Source: Minisyncoccota bacterium
Lineage (GTDB): Bacteria > Patescibacteriota > Minisyncoccia > Phycocordibacterales > JABAAK01
Length of the DNA stretch: 64,000 nt
NCBI GenBank assembly: GCA_965216295.1
Contig: OZ244141.1
Span: 295,671 to 359,670, forward strand
Direction: 5' to 3'
The notes below the pieces were generated by a model. The model worked only from the letters and a program-made list of their open reading frames with translations, had not been told where the DNA came from and did not search any database. Positions 37,721 through 47,160 of the stretch are shown here, piece by piece; position 1 is the first letter of the stretch; each line of letters begins with the position of its first letter. A program made the translations under genes and the position numbers.

Positions 37721-39790
37721 ATGTCTGTGGGGAAAAAAGCATCAAAAAAGAGTACGTCTGGTGGTGGGAAAACAAAAGGTTACGGCGCTGATGATATTGT
37801 CGTTTTGGAGGGATTAGAAGCCGTACAACGGCGACCAGGTATGTACATCGGTACAACTGGAATAGATGGTCTCTATCACCTTGTGTGGGAAGTATTTGAT
37901 AACTCACTTGATGAAGCAATGGGAGGGCATGCTCACGAAATTGAAATCACACTACTTCCTGATGATGTGGTACGCGTTGCAGATAACGGAAGAGGTATTC
38001 CAGTTGATACACATGCAAAAACAAAAGTTTCAGCGCTTGAAACTATTATGACAACACTCCACGCGGGAGGAAAATTTGGTAACGCTGGTTACAAGGTTTC
38101 AGGCGGACTCCACGGTGTTGGTGTTTCTGTCGTCAATGCACTATCAACAACCATATCGGCACTTGTGCATCGTGATGGCTCTATTTACTTTCAAGAGTAT
38201 CACTACGGCAAGGTGGATAAGAAGATAAAGGTTGTTGGGAAAACAAAAGAGAGCGGTACAGTGATTACATTTCATCCAGATCCAAAAATATTTAAAGAAA
38301 TTACTTTTACCGGAAAGACATTTGAATTAGAACGTATTGCTGAACATGTTCGTGATCAGGCGTTTCTTGTAAAACAACTCCGTATTCGTGTTGTTGATCT
38401 TCGTCAACATGAAAAAAAGATTCCTGATGATGTTCTCTTTGTTTCACACACACTTCCAAACGTTCCATCGTATACATTTTACTTTGATGGAGGTCTTTCT
38501 TCTTTTATCCGTCATCACAACGCTGATCAAAAACCTATCCACCAGGATATCTTTTCAGTTGACAAGGAAGTTGGAACAACAAGGGTAACCATTGCTCTCC
38601 AGTATGTCAATGATATCTCATCACGAATTTTTGGATTTGGAAACAATATTAGAAATATAGAAGGGGGAACTCATATCACTGGTTTGAAAACAGCACTCAC
38701 TCGTTCTATGAACAGTTATGCAAAAGGAAAAAAGTTAGTGAAGGAAGGGGAGACATTTTCTGGTGAAGATGTTCTTGAAGGACTCACAGCAATTGTTGCG
38801 GTGCAGTTACCTGATATTCAATTTGAGGGACAAACCAAAGCAAAATTAGGAAGCGTTGAAGCACGAAGTGCCGTTGAGACAATCTTTAATGAAGCGTTTG
38901 GCGTCTTTTTAGAAGAAAATCCTACTACCGCAAAAGTAATCATTGCCAAGGTATCATTGGCGTATCAAGCACGCAAAGCGGCTCGTGCTGCAAAGGATAG
39001 TATTTTGCGTAAAGGTGCCCTCGAGGGTATGACACTTCCTGGTAAATTAGGTGACTGTCAGACAAAAAATTCAGATGAAGCAGAGCTTTTTATCGTTGAG
39101 GGTGATTCTGCAGGTGGTACGGCAAAGCAAGGGAGAGATCGTCGAACACAAGCGGTGTTACCACTTCGAGGAAAAATTTTAAATGTTGAGCGTGCCAGAC
39201 TTGATCGAGCATTAACATCAGACAGTATTAAATCAGTTGTCATCGCACTCGGTACTGCAATTGGTGATGCGTTTAATATTGAGAAACTTCGGTATGGCAA
39301 AGTCATTATTACCACAGACGCTGATGTTGATGGAGCTCACATTCGAACACTTCTTTTAACACTCTTCTATCGCTTTTTTCGTGACCTTGTAGAAAATGGC
39401 AATATCTATTTTGCACAACCACCGCTGTACAAGGTAAAGAAGGGAAAAGAGATACGATTTGCTTTTTCAGATGCAGAGCGTGATGTCTACATTACTGAAC
39501 TACAGAAAGGCACCAAAGAAACACCTGATGAAAAAGGTGACGAGAAAAGTGATGAAGGAGTTGTAAAGACAAAAGGTATTTTAGTACAACGATATAAAGG
39601 ATTGGGTGAAATGAATCACGGTGAACTGTGGGAGACAACAATGGATCCAGAAAAAAGAACACTCAAGCAAGTAACCATTGCAGATGCTGCAGAGGCTGAC
39701 AAGACGTTTGATATTCTTATGGGTGCAGAAGTGGCACCACGTCGTGCTTTCATTCAAACAAATGCTAAGTACGCAACACTAGATATTTAG
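37721..39790 (+). CDS. gyrB: type IIA topoisomerase B subunit (DNA gyrase subunit B most likely)
   Basis: GHKL ATPase domain (EVFDNSLDEAMGG..., ADNGRGIP), Toprim domain (EGDSAGG), and the C-terminal PLRGKILNVERA region. It sits apart from gyrA, so assignment as ParE cannot be excluded from the sequence alone. Confidence 0.8.
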   Translation: MSVGKKASKKSTSGGGKTKGYGADDIVVLEGLEAVQRRPGMYIGTTGIDGLYHLVWEVFDNSLDEAMGGHAHEIEITLLPDDVVRVADNGRGIPVDTHAKTKVSALETIMTTLHAGGKFGNAGYKVSGGLHGVGVSVVNALSTTISALVHRDGSIYFQEYHYGKVDKKIKVVGKTKESGTVITFHPDPKIFKEITFTGKTFELERIAEHVRDQAFLVKQLRIRVVDLRQHEKKIPDDVLFVSHTLPNVPSYTFYFDGGLSSFIRHHNADQKPIHQDIFSVDKEVGTTRVTIALQYVNDISSRIFGFGNNIRNIEGGTHITGLKTALTRSMNSYAKGKKLVKEGETFSGEDVLEGLTAIVAVQLPDIQFEGQTKAKLGSVEARSAVETIFNEAFGVFLEENPTTAKVIIAKVSLAYQARKAARAAKDSILRKGALEGMTLPGKLGDCQTKNSDEAELFIVEGDSAGGTAKQGRDRRTQAVLPLRGKILNVERARLDRALTSDSIKSVVIALGTAIGDAFNIEKLRYGKVIITTDADVDGAHIRTLLLTLFYRFFRDLVENGNIYFAQPPLYKVKKGKEIRFAFSDAERDVYITELQKGTKETPDEKGDEKSDEGVVKTKGILVQRYKGLGEMNHGELWETTMDPEKRTLKQVTIADAAEADKTFDILMGAEVAPRRAFIQTNAKYATLDI

Positions 39791-41359
39791 TGTATAGTAA
39801 GGGTCATTTTCTTTTGCAAGACGTTGTACACACTCTTTGATAGATAGTGATGTTTTGTTGCCATCACGATCTTCAAGAGCAACTGTTGTATTTGCCTCTT
39901 CGGCACTACCCACGACGATGTAGTAAGGGAGTAAATCGTTTTTTGCTTGATAGATTTTTTTACCAATGGTGTCACTTGCTATATCTATCTCAGCACGAAT
40001 CCCTTGTGCAATGAGATCAGCATGAATCCCTCGTGCGTACGGGAGATGTTTTTCATGGAGAGGAATAACGCGTATTTGAACAGGAGCAAGCCAGAAGGGA
40101 AACGCACCTTTGTATTTTTCGATAAGGAAGGCGAGAACTCGTTCAATAGCACCGATTGAAGAGCGGTGTATGACAATTGGTCTGTATGTCTTGCCATCGT
40201 CACCTATGTATGAAAGATCAAATCGCTCTGGCATAACAAAGTCGTATTGGACGGTAAATGCTGTTTCTTCTTTTCCGGTGACTGTTTTCATTTGTATATC
40301 AATTTTTGGACCATAGAAGGCTGCTTCGTTTGGTGCTTCAACAAACGGTGCGTCGCGTTCTTGTAACACTTCTCGTAATATTTTTTCTGACTCATCCCAT
40401 GCCTTCTTGTTATCTGAATATTTTTTTGTATTGTTTCGATCACCTAAAGAGAGACGGTACTGATAATCTTCTTTGAGGGTAAATCCAAGGAGCCCATTGA
40501 TGTCTTCGATAAACTGTAACACTGAGGCGAGTTCTTCTTTTGCTTGTTTTGTATCTGTACAGATAATGTGTGCATCAGAGAGACAGAAGCTGCGGACTCG
40601 TGTGAGACCAAGAAGTTCACCAGATTTTTCATAACGATACAGTTTAGATAACTCAGCAATACGGATAGGGAGTTCTCGGTAACTGTGTGGCTTGCTGAGG
40701 TAGAGTTCAAAGTGATGAGGGCACGTCATCGGACGAAGCATAAACTGTTCATCATCAATATCAATAGGTGCGTACATTGAATCTCGATAGTGTTCAAGGT
40801 GACCTGACTTTTCATACAAGGCAACGTTTGTTAAATCTGGCGTTGAAACATGTTGGTAGCCACGTTTAATTTCTTCATCAACAACTAATCGTTCCAACAC
40901 TCGCTTTATCGCCGCTCCTTTCTCTGTGTAGAGAGGAAGTCCTTTGCCAACGGTGTTTGAGAAGGTAAAGAGTCCCAGTTTCTTTCCTAAGGTGCGGTGA
41001 TCAGCAGTTGCGCTCTCTGCTTTCTCTTCAAGGAGTGTCTTCAATTCTTTTGGAGTAGGCGCTCCCCATCCACGGATACGGGTTAGCATTGCTTCATTCT
41101 CATCTCCTTTTCGGTATGCACCTGAGATGGAAAAAAGAGTAAAGGCATCTGGATGGAGGTTGGGAGCTTTCATCAAAGCCTGCATTGTTTTTGCCAGTGT
41201 GGAAAGGTCTTTATCGCTCAACGTTGCATCGGTATCAACAAAAAAGGACTGATCGGGGAGAACCCCTTCTTTTTCTGTTGTTGCGTCAGGGTACTGTTTC
41301 TGTACAGCGGCTCTTAAAAGAGACGCATACCCGCGACGGCACTCATCAAGACCACTCAT
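39779..41359 (-). CDS. thrS: threonine--tRNA ligase, lacking the N-terminal TGS/editing domains
   Basis: Class II core with DHRTLGKKLGLF and RPMTCPHH motifs plus a C-terminal anticodon-binding domain. Only about 120 aa precede the catalytic core. Confidence 0.8.
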   Translation of the reverse strand: MSGLDECRRGYASLLRAAVQKQYPDATTEKEGVLPDQSFFVDTDATLSDKDLSTLAKTMQALMKAPNLHPDAFTLFSISGAYRKGDENEAMLTRIRGWGAPTPKELKTLLEEKAESATADHRTLGKKLGLFTFSNTVGKGLPLYTEKGAAIKRVLERLVVDEEIKRGYQHVSTPDLTNVALYEKSGHLEHYRDSMYAPIDIDDEQFMLRPMTCPHHFELYLSKPHSYRELPIRIAELSKLYRYEKSGELLGLTRVRSFCLSDAHIICTDTKQAKEELASVLQFIEDINGLLGFTLKEDYQYRLSLGDRNNTKKYSDNKKAWDESEKILREVLQERDAPFVEAPNEAAFYGPKIDIQMKTVTGKEETAFTVQYDFVMPERFDLSYIGDDGKTYRPIVIHRSSIGAIERVLAFLIEKYKGAFPFWLAPVQIRVIPLHEKHLPYARGIHADLIAQGIRAEIDIASDTIGKKIYQAKNDLLPYYIVVGSAEEANTTVALEDRDGNKTSLSIKECVQRLAKENDPYYTLNI

Positions 41360-41383
41360 ATAAACCAGTATATCATAGCGATG

Positions 41384-44300
41384 TTACTGAGGATCTGATA
41401 CCTCTTGGATACGAAGAGTGACCTCATTGTTTCTGGTAGAGGTTTTGCCACGCAGTTTCACTGTTCTTGTTGGTACCAACATCTCTTCATACCGCTGTAC
41501 TGCATCAGAAAAACACACCGCATCAAGTGTTTCGTTATTATCATCCTCAAGGGTAATGAAGTACATGAGGTTACCATCTTTTGTTCTTGTCGGACGAAGT
41601 TTTGTGATAACACCCATAACATTGATATCTTTGTTATCACCAAGTGATTGAACATCACAGAGCGGTATTCCAACACGTTTAAAGCTATGCAGTGGATGTC
41701 CGGTGACATAGAAACCGAGAAGATCTTTTTCCCACGCAAGTCCCTGTACCTCCGTTACTGAATCAGCGGGTTTCAAGTGAAGCGAAGAACCAGACAAATC
41801 ATCATCGGCAAAGAGCATTCCTTGATCTTCTTTACTATTCCGCACTTCTTTGAGAAGTACCAACAAGGTATCCAAGTTATGCAACAAGACACTACGTTCA
41901 GAAAACGCATTGAGGCAACCTACTTTAATTAATGCTTCAAGTGCCTGTTTGTTTACCCCAACACAACCTCGTTGCAAAAAATCTTCTAAGTTTTCAAATG
42001 GTTTTTGTTTTCTGTGTTCTAAGATAGTTTCAACAATTCCCGCTCCAACATGACGGACTGTTTCTAAACCAACACGGATACCAGTTTCCGTCACGTTACC
42101 ATCGGTATGTTCTTCAGTGGTAAATTCTCTGCTACTTTTTTGTATATCGGTAGGGAATATCTTGATACCAAGTCGTTTTGATTCAAAAATTAAATCAGCA
42201 ATACGTTCAAGATTTCCTATCTCCGCCGTTAAGTGAGCAGCCATATATTCAGCAAGGTAGTGAGTTTTAATGTATGCCGTCTGATATGACACTTTTGCAT
42301 AGCTCATTGCGTGTGCTTTGTTAAATCCATACCCTTTGAATGGATCAAATAAGTTCCATAACCTATCTGCCTGTCCTTTTGTCATGTTTGAATGTTTCAT
42401 AACTCTTGCCTTGAACAATTTTTCTTGCTGTGCCATCAACTCTGGTATCTTTTTACCAACTGCTTTACGGAATACATCTACCTCTTTCCAGTTATAGTTA
42501 GCAAGGTTGAGTGCGGTATAGAGGAGGTCTTCCTGGTACACAAACACACCGTAGGATTGTTTCAGGTATTCTTCCATCTTTGGGTGCAGGTAGGTTGTTG
42601 GTGTTTCTCCATGTTTTCGTTTGATGTACTCATCAATGTTTTTCATTGGTCCAGGACGATAGAGGGCAATACATGCGGCAAGGTCATGGATGGAGTTTGG
42701 TTTCATGCGTTTCAAGACACTCGTCATACCGTAGCTACCAAGTTGAAAAATCCCTTTCGTGTAACCATCTGAAATAAAGGTAAACACTTTTTGATCGTCG
42801 AGTGGTATGGTATCAATATCAATTTTTTTACCGTATCGTTTTTCAATACGTTTCAATGCATCAGCAAGAATAGCAAGGTTCGTTAATCCAAGAAGATCAA
42901 ACTTGAGTAACCCCGCATCTTCTACGGCATGCATGTTGTATTGCGTGATTGGTCGCCCTGTTCCTTTCGGTTCATTTTCAAGAGGAGTGTATTCAACAAT
43001 ATCATTTGGTGCGATAACGATACCAGCGGCATGAACAGAGATGTGTCGTGCATTTCCTTCAATCTTTTTTGCTGTATTAATGATGTGACGCACATCTTCT
43101 TCTTGTGTATGTAAAGCACGAAGTTCAGGTACTTCATGCATTGCTCTTTGAATAGTCATTGGCTGTCCTTGCAAACCGAGAGGAATTAATCGTGCAATGC
43201 GGTTTCCAGTGATGTATGAATAACCAAGTGCTCGTGCCGTATCACGAACAGCAGCGCGAGCCATCATTGTTCCAAACGTTCCTATCTGTGCTACTTTCTC
43301 TTTACCGTACTTCTGTATGATGTATTCAACAATATCAGAACGACGGTTGTCACTGACATCAATATCAACATCAGGTGGTGAAGGACGAAACGGATTGAGA
43401 AATCGTTCAAAAGGAAGTCTATACTCAAGTGGGTTCACATTGGTAATACGGGTAAGGTAACTAACTAAGGAACCTGCGGCAGATCCTCGTGTTGAGGTTA
43501 GTATGTTGTTTTTGTGCATGAAACGCACTAAGTCAATCATGGTTAGAAAGTAGGGAACATACTTTTTTTCTTCAATAACTGAGAGTTCATAGCGAATACG
43601 CTCATCAACCTCTTTGGTTCTCTCCATACCTCGTTCTTGTAACCCATCTGCAACATACTGTTTCAACAGAACCGTTTGTTCACTTTCAGTCCCACCAACA
43701 GGTGGTTTGGGAAATACCCATTCACCAATACGTAATTGAATATCAATACTATCAACCAACTGTGCCAGATTGTCATATAACTGGGGTGTTTTTTCAGCTT
43801 TTTCTGCTATTTCATCCCTGGAGGGGAGTTTCAGTGAAATGTTTTCAAAAACATCTTCTTCAATGTCTGAGAGTCGTGTTGGCTGTATGCGAAGCAATAC
43901 CTTTCGTGCTTCCATGTCTTCATCATCTAAGTAGTAGGTAGGTTCCATGGGAACACACGGTATGCCTGCTTGTGTGACAAGATCTTCTATTTTTTTAATT
44001 GGAAGTGTGTCTAGTTTTTGGTGAGGGATGCCTGCGTAGAGTGCGTTGGGAAATATTGTTTGCAATGTCGTGAGCATCTTTTGTGCCATCGACATGTTTC
44101 CTAATCGGACTGCCGTAGTTACCGGACTATTAAAAGGAGGGAGTATTGCTATGAGATTTTGAGAAAATTTTTGTAAATCATCAAATTGTATTGACGGTGG
44201 TTTTGTTTTTGCAGTGACTTGATGAAATGTTACCAACCGCATGAGTGTTTTGTACCCATCAACGTTTTTTGCTAAAAAAACAAGACGAGAAAGTGTCTCT

Positions 44301-44578
44301 GTATTGGTATTAACATACAGTGTTACGCCAATGAGTGGTTTTATATTATGTTTGTGACACGCTTTATAGAAAGGGAGTGCGCCGTAGAGGTTTGATGTGT
44401 CGGTTAATGCTAATGCATCACACCCACGTTCCTTTGCAACCTTCACGAGTGCGCCAATCTTTGGTATACCCCGTAAAAAAGAGTAGTGGCTGTGTGTATT
44501 AAGCGGTGCGTAGTACCTCACAAAGTTCAGTATACAATGATTGGGCAATGGCGAATGTGGATAGGCGGTGTACAACAA
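41384..44578 (-). CDS. dnaE: DNA polymerase III alpha subunit
   Basis: 1064 aa. N-terminal PHP domain (HSHYSFLRG...), polymerase core, and OB fold. Confidence 0.9.
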   Translation of the reverse strand: MLYTAYPHSPLPNHCILNFVRYYAPLNTHSHYSFLRGIPKIGALVKVAKERGCDALALTDTSNLYGALPFYKACHKHNIKPLIGVTLYVNTNTETLSRLVFLAKNVDGYKTLMRLVTFHQVTAKTKPPSIQFDDLQKFSQNLIAILPPFNSPVTTAVRLGNMSMAQKMLTTLQTIFPNALYAGIPHQKLDTLPIKKIEDLVTQAGIPCVPMEPTYYLDDEDMEARKVLLRIQPTRLSDIEEDVFENISLKLPSRDEIAEKAEKTPQLYDNLAQLVDSIDIQLRIGEWVFPKPPVGGTESEQTVLLKQYVADGLQERGMERTKEVDERIRYELSVIEEKKYVPYFLTMIDLVRFMHKNNILTSTRGSAAGSLVSYLTRITNVNPLEYRLPFERFLNPFRPSPPDVDIDVSDNRRSDIVEYIIQKYGKEKVAQIGTFGTMMARAAVRDTARALGYSYITGNRIARLIPLGLQGQPMTIQRAMHEVPELRALHTQEEDVRHIINTAKKIEGNARHISVHAAGIVIAPNDIVEYTPLENEPKGTGRPITQYNMHAVEDAGLLKFDLLGLTNLAILADALKRIEKRYGKKIDIDTIPLDDQKVFTFISDGYTKGIFQLGSYGMTSVLKRMKPNSIHDLAACIALYRPGPMKNIDEYIKRKHGETPTTYLHPKMEEYLKQSYGVFVYQEDLLYTALNLANYNWKEVDVFRKAVGKKIPELMAQQEKLFKARVMKHSNMTKGQADRLWNLFDPFKGYGFNKAHAMSYAKVSYQTAYIKTHYLAEYMAAHLTAEIGNLERIADLIFESKRLGIKIFPTDIQKSSREFTTEEHTDGNVTETGIRVGLETVRHVGAGIVETILEHRKQKPFENLEDFLQRGCVGVNKQALEALIKVGCLNAFSERSVLLHNLDTLLVLLKEVRNSKEDQGMLFADDDLSGSSLHLKPADSVTEVQGLAWEKDLLGFYVTGHPLHSFKRVGIPLCDVQSLGDNKDINVMGVITKLRPTRTKDGNLMYFITLEDDNNETLDAVCFSDAVQRYEEMLVPTRTVKLRGKTSTRNNEVTLRIQEVSDPQ

Positions 44579-45204
44579 CGAACACTGTTCAGATAAAACG
44601 ATATGTTGCGGGTATTGACGAGGTGGGGAGAGGACCTCTTGCAGGACCAGTGAGTGTTGGTCTTGTTATGTGGCTTGACACAACACACGATCCACACACA
44701 CTTCTCTCTGGTATACGAGATTCAAAACAACTTTCTTCTAGCAAGCGAGTGTGGTGGGTAGAAAAACTACAACAGCTTGTAAAAGAACAAATACTCTGGA
44801 CAACAGTCGTATCAACGAAACCAGAAGTCATTGATGAGAAGGGAATTATGGTCGCACTTGCACAGGCAGCAGAGAAGGCACTTGCACAGGGGAAAAAACA
44901 AATAGGTTTTTCCGAACAGAACGTCTCTCTCTTGAGTGACTACGGACTACCGACACCACAATCATATACAACACAGCACATCATTAAGGGTGATGAGAAA
45001 GAACCACTCATTGCTGCTGCATCAATTGTCGCAAAAGTGTGGCGGGATGCACGCATGGAACACTACCACACCATATATCCGCACTACGCACTCAATACGA
45101 ACAAAGGGTACGGTACTGCATTTCATCGCAAAGCGCTGAGAGATCATGGACCAACCGTTATACACCGTCGTTCGTTCTTGAAAAATATAGAGTTGTTCAA
45201 ATAG
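44548..45204 (+). CDS. rnhB: ribonuclease HII
   Basis: VAGIDEVGRGPLAGPV catalytic motif. The start is the ATG at 44548; the ORF-track start is an upstream GTG that overlaps the dnaE start. Confidence 0.8.
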   Translation: MANVDRRCTTTNTVQIKRYVAGIDEVGRGPLAGPVSVGLVMWLDTTHDPHTLLSGIRDSKQLSSSKRVWWVEKLQQLVKEQILWTTVVSTKPEVIDEKGIMVALAQAAEKALAQGKKQIGFSEQNVSLLSDYGLPTPQSYTTQHIIKGDEKEPLIAAASIVAKVWRDARMEHYHTIYPHYALNTNKGYGTAFHRKALRDHGPTVIHRRSFLKNIELFK

Positions 45205-45230
45205 GTGGAGTAGTGGTAGAGTGGGCATAT

Positions 45231-45518
45231 ATGGTGGTACGAATGAGAACTACAAAAGGAAGGCGGAATAACCGTCGTTCCCATCACGTTATAGCGTCTA
45301 CTACAGTTACCACTGATGAGGGTGGTGTTTCTCACGTACGTCACCGTGCAAGTAGAGATACAGGGACGTATCGAGGAAGAATGGTCTTACCCCGTGTGGT
45401 AAAGCGAGAAGAACGAAGAAAATCAAAGCTACAAGCACGAAAGGAGACAGAAGAGCCACAAGAGGAGAAAAAGACAACAGAAAGTGCAAGTATCCCACCA
45501 ACAGAAGAAAACAAGTAA
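45231..45518 (+). CDS. rpmF: 50S ribosomal protein bL32 with long charged C-terminal extension
   Basis: RRSHHVIASTTVTTDEGGVSHVRHRASRDTGTYRGRMV matches the bL32 core (RRSH...H..H....G.YRGR). The upstream in-frame extension overlapping rnhB is rejected. The alternative ATG at 45243 has better GGTGG spacing. Confidence 0.65.
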   Translation: MVVRMRTTKGRRNNRRSHHVIASTTVTTDEGGVSHVRHRASRDTGTYRGRMVLPRVVKREERRKSKLQARKETEEPQEEKKTTESASIPPTEENK

Positions 45519-45577
45519 TTAATACAATATACATACCGTTAGGCGATAAATAGTGATAGAATAGAAGTAGAAACAAT

Positions 45578-46477
45578 ATGGCCTCAACGCGACACGAGAT
45601 ACGTACATTGGTGGTGCAATCATTATATGCATCTGATTTTGGTGGCACGCTAAGAGATAAGGATTCTGTACTGGGGACATTTAATACATTAGCAACAGAA
45701 GCTTCTCCAGAACTGATCAATAATCAATTTGCTGAAACAATCATCTCCGGGATTGTTGGTAAGCTTGATGAATTAGATAGTATTATCGAACGAGTTGCTC
45801 CTAATTGGCCATTGGATAAATTGGGGGTAGTTGAAAGAAATGTTATTCGTATGGGTATCTTTGAGTTACTCTTTGGGAAAACATTGAATGTTCCTGGTCG
45901 TGTTGCTATTAACGAAGCTATTGAATTAGCAAAGTCATTTGCTGGTGAAGGAGGGAGTAAGTTTGTCAACGGCGTTTTGGGTACTATTTTTCGTGAGATA
46001 GGTGGTGATACTGAAACGGTTGTTGTTAAAAAGACACGACGAGTTGTTAAATCAACTGGTGGTCTCGTGTATCACGTTGATGATTCTGGTGAAATTCGAT
46101 TTGCATTGATTAAAGATATTTTTGGTAAGTGGACTCTTTCAAAGGGAAAACTTCAACAAAAAGAAACAGCACAACGTGGTGTTACACGAGTGATACAAGA
46201 GGAACTTGGACTTGCCACGACCATTGATGAGGAAATTGGTTTTAATTCATATATCTCGTACCCACCAGAGGGACCATTGCGAAAAGAAGTGGTGTACTTT
46301 TTGGTGAGAGCACGAGAGAACACTATTACACTAGAAAAGAAAGATGGGTTGGTAGATGCACAGTGGTTTACGAAAGACGAAGTCTCTAAACTCAAACTCT
46401 ATAAAGATATACAAGAAATGATATTTGATGCAATGTTGAAAATATCATCAGAGGTAGCACGAGCAGTAAAAAAATAA
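45578..46477 (+). CDS. nusB: NusB-like antitermination domain fused to a C-terminal NUDIX hydrolase domain
   Basis: The N-terminal roughly 150 aa are NusB-like (HEIRTLVVQSLYASDF..., VVERNVIRMGIFELLF). The C-terminal half has a near-canonical Nudix box, GKLQQKETAQRGVTRVIQEELGL. Confidence 0.65.
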   Translation: MASTRHEIRTLVVQSLYASDFGGTLRDKDSVLGTFNTLATEASPELINNQFAETIISGIVGKLDELDSIIERVAPNWPLDKLGVVERNVIRMGIFELLFGKTLNVPGRVAINEAIELAKSFAGEGGSKFVNGVLGTIFREIGGDTETVVVKKTRRVVKSTGGLVYHVDDSGEIRFALIKDIFGKWTLSKGKLQQKETAQRGVTRVIQEELGLATTIDEEIGFNSYISYPPEGPLRKEVVYFLVRARENTITLEKKDGLVDAQWFTKDEVSKLKLYKDIQEMIFDAMLKISSEVARAVKK

Positions 46478-46482
46478 ACACC

Positions 46483-47157
46483 ATGAAGGGTATTGAAAAA
46501 CGTATCGGGTACACGTTTACGGATCAAGCATACCTTTCTCGTGCCCTCACACACCGTTCCTACACGAATGAAAACCGTGGGAAAGAGGATAACGAAACAC
46601 TTGAGTTTCTTGGTGATGCGGTTCTTCAGTTTATCGCCACCAAACATATCTGTGCCCGCTATCCTGATAAAAAGGAGGGACAGTTAAGTGTGTACCGTGC
46701 GACGTTGGTTAGTACTGAAGCATTGGTTGCCGTTGCCGATACATTAGCATTAGCATCATGTGTTCGGGTTTCTGTTGGGCAAAAAAATACGATGGGTACA
46801 AAAGGGATACATCTGCATGCTGATGCTGTTGAAGCACTCATTGGTGCGCTCTACCTTGATGGTGGCCTTGCGGTTGCTGAGAAGTTTATAGAACAATTCG
46901 TACTCTCTCGGCTTGACACTGTTGTGCAGAAAGATCTCTGGAAAGAACCCAAGACACAACTCCAAGAGATTGCTCAGAAAAAATTAGGAATAACACCACA
47001 CTATGAGGTGATTGAAACAGAAGGCCCTGCCCATGATATGGTTTTTACCGTTGCTGTTTTTTTTGATACAGAACGTATTGCCTCTGGAACAGGGACATCA
47101 CGGCAAGAAGCAGAGAAAAATGCGGCAGAGAAGGGGTTGCTCAAGAAGAAATGGTAA
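46483..47157 (+). CDS. rnc: ribonuclease III
   Basis: Signature NETLEFLGDAVL and a C-terminal dsRBD. Confidence 0.9.
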   Translation: MKGIEKRIGYTFTDQAYLSRALTHRSYTNENRGKEDNETLEFLGDAVLQFIATKHICARYPDKKEGQLSVYRATLVSTEALVAVADTLALASCVRVSVGQKNTMGTKGIHLHADAVEALIGALYLDGGLAVAEKFIEQFVLSRLDTVVQKDLWKEPKTQLQEIAQKKLGITPHYEVIETEGPAHDMVFTVAVFFDTERIASGTGTSRQEAEKNAAEKGLLKKKW

Positions 47158-47160
47158 ACT

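Noticed and set aside
45039-45230. Upstream in-frame extension of the bL32 ORF overlapping the rnhB 3' end
   Set aside because: The bL32 core motif starts after the internal ATGs (45231 or 45243) with a GGTGG ribosome-binding site. The extension has no homology and overlaps rnhB.
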